The notes under the pieces were generated by a model. It saw only the letters and a list, made by a program, of their open reading frames with translations, made no database searches and was not told where the DNA came from. A stretch of DNA of 32,000 nucleotides from NCBI GenBank assembly GCA_000025185.1, contig CP001848.1, forward strand, positions 450,001-482,000, read 5' to 3'. Each line of letters starts with the position of its first letter. Position 1 is the stretch's first letter. Shown here in pieces: positions 17,233 to 24,657 of this stretch. The translations under genes and the position numbers were made by a program. Source of the DNA: Pirellula staleyi DSM 6068 (lineage in GTDB: Bacteria > Planctomycetota > Planctomycetia > Pirellulales > Pirellulaceae).

Positions 17233-17364
17233 AAAAAAACTGCAAGACATAGGTCGCGACAAGAGTTTGTAGAAAGACTTTTTTGAGATCACTACTCGAG
17301 CAAGTAGCTCGAGCGCTCGATCCTCCAAGGATGTACTTCCTACGGCATTCGCTTCCTACGCTGC
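17233..17364 (-). ncRNA. Second structured RNA module (Y-RNA-like, YrlB-like candidate) ending in a U7 tract
   Basis: The 5' arm GCAGCGUAGGAAGCGA (17364-17349) pairs with the 3' arm UCGCGACCUAUGUCUUGC (17259-17242). That gives 14 bp with a 2x2 internal loop and a 2-nt bulge. AG-UUUUUUU follows (U-run 17239-17233). The apical hairpin is CUCGAGC-UACUU-GCUCGAG (17313-17295), extended by GAUC/GAUC and GAG(G)AUC/GAUCUC pairings. It shares sequence boxes with the YrlA-like element. Confidence 0.45.
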
Positions 17365-17411
17365 TTCCAAACCAACTTATTCACACGCAGCTACACTAGC
17401 TCACCACCCCG

Positions 17412-17465
17412 GCAGCCGGGATCCCCTTCACTGACCAATCAGACCACGTACTGGATCCCGGCTGC
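17412..17465 (-). repeat. Perfect 13-bp inverted repeat (stem-loop) downstream of rsr
   Basis: GCAGCCGGGATCC (17412-17424) and GGATCCCGGCTGC (17453-17465) are exact reverse complements. They enclose a 28-nt loop. The loop's minus-sense sequence contains the direct repeat UGGUCUG / UGGUCAG. Confidence 0.6.
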
Positions 17466-17540
17466 ATCCACTCCCATCACTCATGGCCAGCTCAAAGAGC
17501 TTTTCGAAGGGAGGCTGGTTCACCCGAAACATTGCTGTTT

Positions 17541-19136
17541 TTAGGCTTTTTCCGACGATTGGAGCTCGATTGCATCGATCTGCTTTACGAAGTAATCGGT
17601 TGCTGTACGTCCCTCGGCAATCTCGGCGAGCAGCGTAAAAACGTGATCGCTAAAACCACCGATATGGAAGATTTCACTGCGCTCGATCGCTTGCGTTGTC
17701 TCGCCTGGAACCAGGTCGAGACAGACAAGCTTTGCCTGCGGATTTCGTTTCTGAAACAACTGCCATTGACGCATCGTTTCCGTTGCGCGATGACCTTTCC
17801 ACTGGCTTTGCGAGTCGATCCACGATTCGTTATCCGAAACGTAAATCACCATCGAAGCCTTCAGTTGGCGAGCATTCGCATGCGCTAGCGCCGCACTACA
17901 ATTCGTTCCTACCGAAGGGAGCGAAGCGAGCTGCTGTGCTTGCTTCATCACAGGTTGCTGTCGATCGAGCTTAACCAGGATCACATCGTCCGAGAACGGA
18001 ATCACTTCCGCTTCCGGATTCTTGCGTACGATCGAAGCTGCGATCAGCGCCGCCACATCGATGCAGCGCACTTTCGACGTCGCCGAGCCGCGATTTCCCG
18101 TCGCAGGCGAGCGCATCGAACCCGAGACGTCGACCATCACTAGCACCTTTCCCTCAATGCGAGGCACGTTGCTAATGGCCAGTTCCATCGCCTCCCCCAG
18201 GGCTGCTTTGATCTTGGCCGGCAACGTTTCATTCATGTTTAAATAGGCTGCCATCAGCTGATACGGAAACACGCGTGCTTGCTGAATGGCTCGCGGATTC
18301 CGCAGCCGGTTGGCAATGCATCGCACCAGTTCTTGATCTTGCAGCACCCCATGGCGCTCGAACGTATTTAGGTTCATGCGCGTCGTTTGCCACGAGGCAT
18401 TTCGCGCAATCCGCTTCCAGTCGCTCGGGGTCAGCGGCAAATGGGTGAGCATGGAAAAAGGGACATCGGGGAGCTCATCCTTTCCACGAATCACCTGACG
18501 CTTGATCCGCTCATACTCCTGAACGATTGGCGGCAACGCCCCTTCCTCATACTCACGACCAATCAGCCAGGCATACAACGCCTCGCGCGATGGTGTCCGA
18601 GGGACGGGATGAACCATCTTGACGATATCACCCAGCGAAGGATCGTTTCCTACACTTCCCACAAACAACGCCTGATCACTACGAGCATCGAGCCACTCGC
18701 GCACTAGCCGCTTCGGTCGACTTCCGAGACTCTTGCGCCCCACCACTCCTGAGCGGATGATCTGCACAAAGTTGCGGAGCATCTTGGGCGAATCGATCAC
18801 ACGCTGAAACAGTTCAGAGGTCACCAGTTCGGGCGACTTGACGGTCAGTAGCGCCACCAGCAAGGCCGGTACATCTTTCAAATAGGCTCGATCGCGCGAG
18901 TAGATTGCGGCCCGCGCGATGAACTCCGGCGAAACTTTCTGTGCCAATCGGAGCACCGTAGCGAGGTGCGTTTCCGCATTGGCATAGCACGTGCTACCGA
19001 GCATGCCGGTAGCCACATACTGAGCCAGCGCTTGCTCGGCTGTCCGCGAATAAGCGAGCCCTCCGGCCCGATTGAGCACATCAGCTGCGGCGAAGAACTT
19101 GCCGACGATCGACTGAAACAACGACTTCGATGCCAT
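17541..19136 (-). CDS. rsr: Ro60-related protein Rsr (TROVE domain plus vWA domain)
   Basis: ORF 17541..19457. I start it at ATG 19136 (MASKSLFQSIVGKF...) for three reasons: AGGAG lies 10 nt upstream, a sigma-54 promoter lies at 19195-19211, and the longer ORF would overlap rtcR. The body is TROVE-like (LNRAGGLAYSRTAEQALAQYVATGMLGSTCYA...). The C-terminal vWA has the MIDAS motif VMVDVSGSM. Confidence 0.85.
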   Translation of the reverse strand: MASKSLFQSIVGKFFAAADVLNRAGGLAYSRTAEQALAQYVATGMLGSTCYANAETHLATVLRLAQKVSPEFIARAAIYSRDRAYLKDVPALLVALLTVKSPELVTSELFQRVIDSPKMLRNFVQIIRSGVVGRKSLGSRPKRLVREWLDARSDQALFVGSVGNDPSLGDIVKMVHPVPRTPSREALYAWLIGREYEEGALPPIVQEYERIKRQVIRGKDELPDVPFSMLTHLPLTPSDWKRIARNASWQTTRMNLNTFERHGVLQDQELVRCIANRLRNPRAIQQARVFPYQLMAAYLNMNETLPAKIKAALGEAMELAISNVPRIEGKVLVMVDVSGSMRSPATGNRGSATSKVRCIDVAALIAASIVRKNPEAEVIPFSDDVILVKLDRQQPVMKQAQQLASLPSVGTNCSAALAHANARQLKASMVIYVSDNESWIDSQSQWKGHRATETMRQWQLFQKRNPQAKLVCLDLVPGETTQAIERSEIFHIGGFSDHVFTLLAEIAEGRTATDYFVKQIDAIELQSSEKA

Positions 19137-19194
19137 GATTTGGATTCTCCTGCTGCGGGCCGATTTCTGAGCATGCCCGGGGCGAGAGAACAGA

Positions 19195-19211
19195 ATGCAC
19201 AGCGAGTGCCA
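19195..19211 (-). promoter_or_regulatory. Sigma-54 (-24/-12) promoter of the rsr-Y RNA-rtcBA operon
   Basis: The minus-sense sequence is TGGCAC-TCGCT-GTGCAT. GG and GC have the exact consensus spacing (TGGCAC-N5-TTGCW), with one mismatch. It lies ~60 nt upstream of the rsr ATG and divergent from the sigma-54 activator gene rtcR. Confidence 0.7.
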
Positions 19212-19308
19212 AACTTCAGATATTCCGCCAAACAATTCGCAAACCACTACAGATATTGGGCTTAGAGATATCCGCACCTTTGGTCTACAACGCCAACTTT
19301 CGCCTAAA

Positions 19309-19336
19309 TTGATCTTTAGCGATCGTCTCTTATAAT
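19309..19336 (+). promoter_or_regulatory. Sigma-70-like promoter of rtcR: TTGATC-N16-TATAAT
   Basis: TTGATC at 19309-19314 and a perfect TATAAT at 19331-19336. The rtcR ATG (19344) begins 8 nt after the -10 hexamer, which implies a leaderless or near-leaderless mRNA. Confidence 0.4.
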
Positions 19337-19343
19337 TTTGGAT

Positions 19344-20966
19344 ATGACGAAACAACGAAAACTGGTCGTGGTGGGGATCTTTGGGACGCGGCTGGACGCC
19401 GGGCATGCCAAATCGCGCTGGAACCGCTGGCGCCCCACTGTCTCGGTTTGCCAGCACGAAGATTTGCTCGTCGATAGGCTAGAACTAATTCATCAGCCGG
19501 GCGAAGAAGCTGTCGCCGACACACTGGTTCGGGACATCGCCAGTGTCTCGCCGGAAACGGAAGTCCGTCTCCATCCACTGAAGTTTAACGACGCTTGGGA
19601 TTTCGAAGAGGTCTTTGCCGCCCTCCATCACTGGTCGCGCGGGATGAACTTCCGCCCCGATACGGAAGACTATTTGATCCACATCACCACCGGGTCGCAT
19701 GTCCAGCAAATCTGCCTATTCCTCCTCGCCGAATCGCGGCACATCCCTGGACAACTCCTGCAGTCCTCCCCGCCGCTGCGAGCCGCTGAAGCGACCGGCG
19801 CCTATCGCATCATCGATCTCGATCTCTCGAAGTACGATGCCCTTGCGACCCGCTTTGCCGAAGAACAGCAGGAAGGACTCTCGTTCCTGAAATCGGGAAT
19901 CGAGACCCGCAGCCGCACGTTCAACACCCTCATCGAGCGGATCGAGCGAGTCGCTATTGCCAGCAGCGCGCCACTCTTGATCACCGGTCCCACCGGCGCG
20001 GGCAAATCGCAGCTGGCAGCGCGGATCTTCGAACTCAAGCGACGTCGTGGCCAAGTGCGCGGCAGTTTCGTCGAAGTGAACTGTGCCACTTTGCGCGGCG
20101 ATCAAGCCATGTCATCGCTCTTTGGACATGCCAAAGGGGCATTCACTGGCGCGACGACCCCGCGTGCTGGATTGCTTATGGCCGCTGATCAAGGGATCTT
20201 ATTCCTCGATGAAATCGGCGAGCTTGGGCGCGACGAGCAAGCGACGCTGCTGCGCGCGATCGAAGAAAAACGCTTTCTCCCAGTCGGCTGCGATCGAGAA
20301 ACAGCGAGCGACTTTCAGCTGATTGCAGGAACCAATCGCGATCTTGCAGCGGATGTCCACGCGGGACGCTTTCGCGAAGATTTGCTCGCGCGCATCAACC
20401 TATGGACCTTCCGACTGCCAGCCCTCGCCGAGCGCCGCGAGGATATCGAACCCAACATTCAGTATGAACTCGACCGCTACGCCGCACGGACCGGACAGCA
20501 GGTGACGATCAATAAAGAAGCGCGACAAAAGTTCCTGCAGTTTGCGCAGTCTCCGGCTGCAACATGGTCGGCCAATTTTCGCGACCTCAATGCGGCGATC
20601 ACACGCATGGCGACACTTGCCCCCAGTGGCCGGATCACCACCGACGAAGTGCACGACGAAATCGCTCGCCTCGAAAGTGCCTGGCAATTTTCGGGGAGTG
20701 ATTCAGGCAAGTCATCGCGCGACGATCTGTCGCTGCTCGTCGAACTCCTCGGCGACGAGAAAGTCGCAACGATCGATCTGTTCGATCGCGCGCAGCTCGC
20801 TGCTGTCGTGCGAATCTGCCGCGAAAGCGCGTCACTATCCGATGCTGGCCGGAAACTGTTTGCTATCTCACGGCTAGCCAAATCGCAGCCCAACGATGCC
20901 GATCGACTCCGCAAATTCCTAGCCCGTTTTGAGCTTAGCTGGACCGATTTCGCTGCGTCGCGGTAA
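19344..20966 (+). CDS. rtcR: Sigma-54-dependent transcriptional activator RtcR (N-terminal CARF-like domain, AAA+ domain, C-terminal HTH)
   Basis: ORF 19338..20966 (TTG); ATG at 19344 gives MTKQRKLVVVGIFGTRLDAG... The RtcR-type N-terminus is present. The AAA+ core has Walker A GPTGAGKS, the sigma-54 contact loop GHAKGAFTGA, and Walker B ILFLDEIGEL. Confidence 0.9.
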   Translation: MTKQRKLVVVGIFGTRLDAGHAKSRWNRWRPTVSVCQHEDLLVDRLELIHQPGEEAVADTLVRDIASVSPETEVRLHPLKFNDAWDFEEVFAALHHWSRGMNFRPDTEDYLIHITTGSHVQQICLFLLAESRHIPGQLLQSSPPLRAAEATGAYRIIDLDLSKYDALATRFAEEQQEGLSFLKSGIETRSRTFNTLIERIERVAIASSAPLLITGPTGAGKSQLAARIFELKRRRGQVRGSFVEVNCATLRGDQAMSSLFGHAKGAFTGATTPRAGLLMAADQGILFLDEIGELGRDEQATLLRAIEEKRFLPVGCDRETASDFQLIAGTNRDLAADVHAGRFREDLLARINLWTFRLPALAERREDIEPNIQYELDRYAARTGQQVTINKEARQKFLQFAQSPAATWSANFRDLNAAITRMATLAPSGRITTDEVHDEIARLESAWQFSGSDSGKSSRDDLSLLVELLGDEKVATIDLFDRAQLAAVVRICRESASLSDAGRKLFAISRLAKSQPNDADRLRKFLARFELSWTDFAASR

Positions 20967-20971
20967 ATGGC

Positions 20972-21006
20972 ATTTCATGCTCGGAACAAGCGAGAGAACA
21001 TGAAAT
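20972..21006. terminator. Hairpin between convergent rtcR and the vWA gene (possible bidirectional terminator)
   Basis: ATTTCATG (20972-20979) pairs with CATGAAAT (20999-21006), with an inner CTCG/CGAG stem. It has no clear T-run and is AT-rich relative to its surroundings. Confidence 0.3.
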
Positions 21007-21035
21007 AGTCGCGAAGCATGGTAAGCGGCGCGCTA

Positions 21036-22226
21036 TTACTTTTCCTTGAGCGCGGCGCTGATGCGACTCGCAACTTGAATCAGATTATCTCCTCGCAAAG
21101 CACCCTCGAGCAGTTGCGGCAACAGCTGCGGGGTACAAGCAAAACATGGAATGCCAAGCGCGGTAAGTTTTTTCGCTACAGCTTCATCGTAGCAAGGCTT
21201 GCCACTGTCGCTGAGCGCCAAGAGCACCATCACGCGCACTCCCGCAGCGCGCAGGTCTCCGAGCCGCCGTATCAGCTGCGCCTGATTCCCCCCTTCGAAC
21301 AAATCGGTGATCAACAGAAAAATCGTCTTCGAAGGTTCCTCGATGAATTGCTCGCTGTAGCCCACCGCCTTGTTAATATCGGTACCACCCCCCAACTGAA
21401 TGCCAAACAGCATGTCGACTGGATCGCCTGCACATTGCTCGGTGAGATCAACCACTTCGGTGTCGAACGCCATCACATGCGTTCGGAGCGCGGGGAGACT
21501 GGCAAAAATCGATCCACAAATAGCACCGTAAACCACCGAGTCGGCCATCGAGCCACTTTGATCGAGGTTCACAATCACGGTCCATTTGTGCGACCGCTGT
21601 TGTCGCGAATGAAAGAAGACCCGCTCGGGAATAATCGTCTTCAGACCGACATGATAGTTTTTGAGATTGCGACGAATCGTCGACTTCCAATCGATCGCGG
21701 CAGAGCTTGGAATGGGAGAATGCTCGCGCCGATTCAGGACACCACGCACGACACTTCGAATCGGCTGTTCGAGGGCTAGTTTGATTTTATCGACGACACT
21801 TCTCACCACCTCACGCGCGGTCTCTTTAGTACGCTCCGGTATCTGCCCCTTCAGCGACATCAGGGTCCCGACAAGCTGCACGTTCGGCTGTGCGACCTTC
21901 AGCATCTCGGGCTCGAGAAGGAGCTGTTTTAGTGACTTACGCTCAATCGCATCTTGCTGAATCACGGAGACGACATCTTCCTGGAAATAGGTGCGGATAT
22001 CGCCGAGCCATTTAGCAACGCGTGGTGCCGACGCATTTCGCCCAGCAGATCGTGCCCCCGATAGTCCCGCATCGGTGTCGTCGTAGATTGCGCCGAGCGC
22101 TTCATCCATCTCGAGTTGCTCGCGCGAGAGACCACAGCCCCCTGCACGCATGCGGGAGAGATCTTTATCAGCTTCGGGGCCGAGAATCAGCCGCCACCGC
22201 GCGAGTTGCTCTTGAGTGATGCTCAT
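21036..22226 (-). CDS. CoxE-type von Willebrand factor A (vWA) domain protein
   Basis: ORF 21036..22277 (TTG). I prefer ATG 22226 (MSITQEQLARWRLILG...). The MIDAS motif is intact: VIVNLDQSGSM...FLLITDLFEGG. It is the last gene of the five-gene cassette. Confidence 0.8.
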   Translation of the reverse strand: MSITQEQLARWRLILGPEADKDLSRMRAGGCGLSREQLEMDEALGAIYDDTDAGLSGARSAGRNASAPRVAKWLGDIRTYFQEDVVSVIQQDAIERKSLKQLLLEPEMLKVAQPNVQLVGTLMSLKGQIPERTKETAREVVRSVVDKIKLALEQPIRSVVRGVLNRREHSPIPSSAAIDWKSTIRRNLKNYHVGLKTIIPERVFFHSRQQRSHKWTVIVNLDQSGSMADSVVYGAICGSIFASLPALRTHVMAFDTEVVDLTEQCAGDPVDMLFGIQLGGGTDINKAVGYSEQFIEEPSKTIFLLITDLFEGGNQAQLIRRLGDLRAAGVRVMVLLALSDSGKPCYDEAVAKKLTALGIPCFACTPQLLPQLLEGALRGDNLIQVASRISAALKEK

Positions 22227-22263
22227 GGGAGACACGTTTTCCTTCGAATTCTGCTGAAAATAC

Positions 22264-24657
22264 TCACAAATCGCCAAAGTCGAAATCGTTCAGCGACTCG
22301 AGTTTCTCTTCTTCCATCGGGGTCAAAGGCTGCTCGATCAGCTCACTCACAGCATCGGTCGAGAGCTGCCAGTAGTGACTTAGATTCTCGACAATCTGCC
22401 GTTTGTTCTGGGGAGTGAAGGTGCCGAACACGCGTCGCAGCGAAACGAGCGCGCGTTTGAACTCCTCGTCGTCGAGTGCGCTTATGTAGTCGGCAAGCCG
22501 CTCCCAGAGCGTTTGCCTGGCCAGCAGCGCGTAGCGATTGCGCATCGCCAGTCCTTCGAACCAGCCAGCGCCGAGTTCGGCACTCGCGCCGGGTGATAAA
22601 CGCCGCGATACTTCGCGCGATAGATCGGCGCTCGTCATCCGCTCACGCTCCAGCAATATCGCGGTGGCATAGCCCGACAAGAGCGCGTTTTGTGTATCAG
22701 AACGTGCCAGTCGCTCGAGTGAACTGAGCCAGAGTTCCCCTTCTACAAGGTCGGTGAGCTGCAAATAGACACGATGCTGTTCATCAATGGCCAGCAGCAC
22801 GCTGCGAGCCATCGTGGTGTCGCAGCTCGCAGCATCAAACAGAGCAATCGCTCCTTGCACAAAGAGTTCTTCGATGAGCGGCAGCAGCACTGAAGCATCG
22901 ACTTGGCGCATGTCGCCATACTGCACGACAAACGCAAGTTGCCAAGCTGCTGTCGCCAGCGCACAAAACTCGCTCGACTCGGCCGCGAGCTCCTGCAAGC
23001 GACGGCGGGCATGCTCCATCGCACTGAAGAGCCCACATTCGCAAGCGTGCCGCACGAGCAGCGCTGCTTCGTTGATCGACGAGCACTCCTCGAGCAACTG
23101 TTTGAACTTGGCTTGTGTCGCCAGTTCGATCGTTTCCCCTAGCAACACCGCTTCGACCAGCGCGATCTCTGCTTCAGGAGACCAGCGGAGCACCCATCGC
23201 TCGGTCGGTGAAACATCGCTCGAACGCGAATCGCGATGCGGATTGACAAACGTGATGCCGAGCATCACGAGCCGATGCAGAAACGACGATCGAGCGAGAT
23301 CGAGAAACGCTGCCTCCTCGGATTTCACCTGTCTGTTCTCGCGAAGATCGAGCGTCAGGTCCTGAGCAACCGTGGTGCGATAGCGCTCGAGCTTCAGCCG
23401 CTTGAGCTCGCGCTCGAAGTCACTTTGAATCGACGTACGGCTGGTGCCATCGGGCAAGCTGCCGATTCGGGTTCCGACATCGACCTGGGCAATAGCATGC
23501 TTGATCGACGCAAGTTCTCCATGCCCCAGGAGCGCGACAGCAGCATCGTGCAAATCGGCGAGCGTTGGTGCCAGGCCATCACGAAGGGCCGAGAGTGTTT
23601 TGGCGAGTCGCACGCCGTCGATCACTTCGGCGGTGCTGCGATGCGTACCGCCACTACGAAGCTGGCTAGCGATCGACGACAGATAGTCGGGGGCCAGTTT
23701 CTCGAGTGATTGTTGGAGGGTGCTGAGCGCCGTATTGCGGCGCGGGTACTTCCTGCGCGGCAGGGTATTCCAAAGGAGCTCGAAATAGGCCGGCGCGCGA
23801 TTGCCAGCGCCATAGCCCGACTGCGATGAAAGTTTGAAATAGGAGTAAGGCATGAGGGTCAGCAGCGTTTCGCGGCGCGGGAGCGAAGCGAGCTCACGAT
23901 CGGTCATCGGGGGAAAGCTGCTAGTGAGGACTGGCGCATGAAACGCGCCGACCACCGCGACAATCTTCTCGGGGGGAGTTCCCGAAGCAATCGCTGCTGC
24001 AATTTGCCGGCGCATGTACGCCTCGCGCACCAAGTTTTCAGCGCGCCACGCAGGGGCATCTTCCTCCAGATCGCGGAGCATCCCTCCGAGTTCCAGCGCA
24101 GACTGGCGAAACGAATCACTCGCTAGATTATGCTCGAAATGACGCTCCCAGTAACTCTCGTAGTCGCTCTCTCCCGCGATCGTCGCCACCTGCTGATAGA
24201 TCGTCGCGCGATCAACCTCCACAGCGCTAGGCTCCTGAGCAACAGCCGCAGGCTCTAGCTCCGTATCGACTCCGGCTGTAGTCTCGGCTTCGTCGCGTAG
24301 TTTTTTCTCGAGCAGCAGCGCCTGCTGATCCGCGAGTCCTAAAAAAATATCGCTCGGCAGGTCGATCAATTCGGCTCGGGCACCCTGTTCTTTCGCCCAC
24401 AAGAGCGCCTGGTATTCGGGGCTGTAAATCGCCAGGGGATAGACAATAGTGCGCACTGGCGGCGTGCTGGTGTACGCCAGGAGCGCAACCGGTGGCTCGA
24501 CGGCGGACATCGTGAGTTCGAGCGCGTAGGGGGTGGCGTCGCTCGGTCCTTCGATAAGAACCAGTTCGGGCTGATGCTCGTCGAGAAACTCGCGCAAATG
24601 CCAAGCCGCCATCGGCGAGAGATGCCGGACCCCAAAAACGTTGATCTCGCCGCTCAC
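22264..24657 (-). CDS. DUF5682-like large protein (797 aa)
   Basis: The GTG start at 24657 overlaps the upstream AAA+ stop (GTGA). The N-terminus VFGVRHLSPMAAWHLREFLDEHQPELVLIEGPSD matches my recollection of the DUF5682 N-terminal signature (GxRHxxP...LIEGP). The rest is largely helical. Confidence 0.7.
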   Translation of the reverse strand: MSGEINVFGVRHLSPMAAWHLREFLDEHQPELVLIEGPSDATPYALELTMSAVEPPVALLAYTSTPPVRTIVYPLAIYSPEYQALLWAKEQGARAELIDLPSDIFLGLADQQALLLEKKLRDEAETTAGVDTELEPAAVAQEPSAVEVDRATIYQQVATIAGESDYESYWERHFEHNLASDSFRQSALELGGMLRDLEEDAPAWRAENLVREAYMRRQIAAAIASGTPPEKIVAVVGAFHAPVLTSSFPPMTDRELASLPRRETLLTLMPYSYFKLSSQSGYGAGNRAPAYFELLWNTLPRRKYPRRNTALSTLQQSLEKLAPDYLSSIASQLRSGGTHRSTAEVIDGVRLAKTLSALRDGLAPTLADLHDAAVALLGHGELASIKHAIAQVDVGTRIGSLPDGTSRTSIQSDFERELKRLKLERYRTTVAQDLTLDLRENRQVKSEEAAFLDLARSSFLHRLVMLGITFVNPHRDSRSSDVSPTERWVLRWSPEAEIALVEAVLLGETIELATQAKFKQLLEECSSINEAALLVRHACECGLFSAMEHARRRLQELAAESSEFCALATAAWQLAFVVQYGDMRQVDASVLLPLIEELFVQGAIALFDAASCDTTMARSVLLAIDEQHRVYLQLTDLVEGELWLSSLERLARSDTQNALLSGYATAILLERERMTSADLSREVSRRLSPGASAELGAGWFEGLAMRNRYALLARQTLWERLADYISALDDEEFKRALVSLRRVFGTFTPQNKRQIVENLSHYWQLSTDAVSELIEQPLTPMEEEKLESLNDFDFGDL

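Noticed and set aside
17015-17245. Minus ORF of 76 aa overlapping the rsr-rtcB spacer
   Set aside because: It coincides with the structured Y-RNA-like element and has no start context or protein-like composition.
19137-19457. 107-codon N-terminal extension of the rsr ORF
   Set aside because: It would overlap the sigma-54 promoter, the whole intergenic region and the rtcR start. The internal ATG 19136 has an AGGAG ribosome-binding site, and the TROVE homology starts there.
21018-21779. Plus ORF of 253 aa
   Set aside because: It is antisense to the vWA gene of the five-gene cassette and has no motifs.
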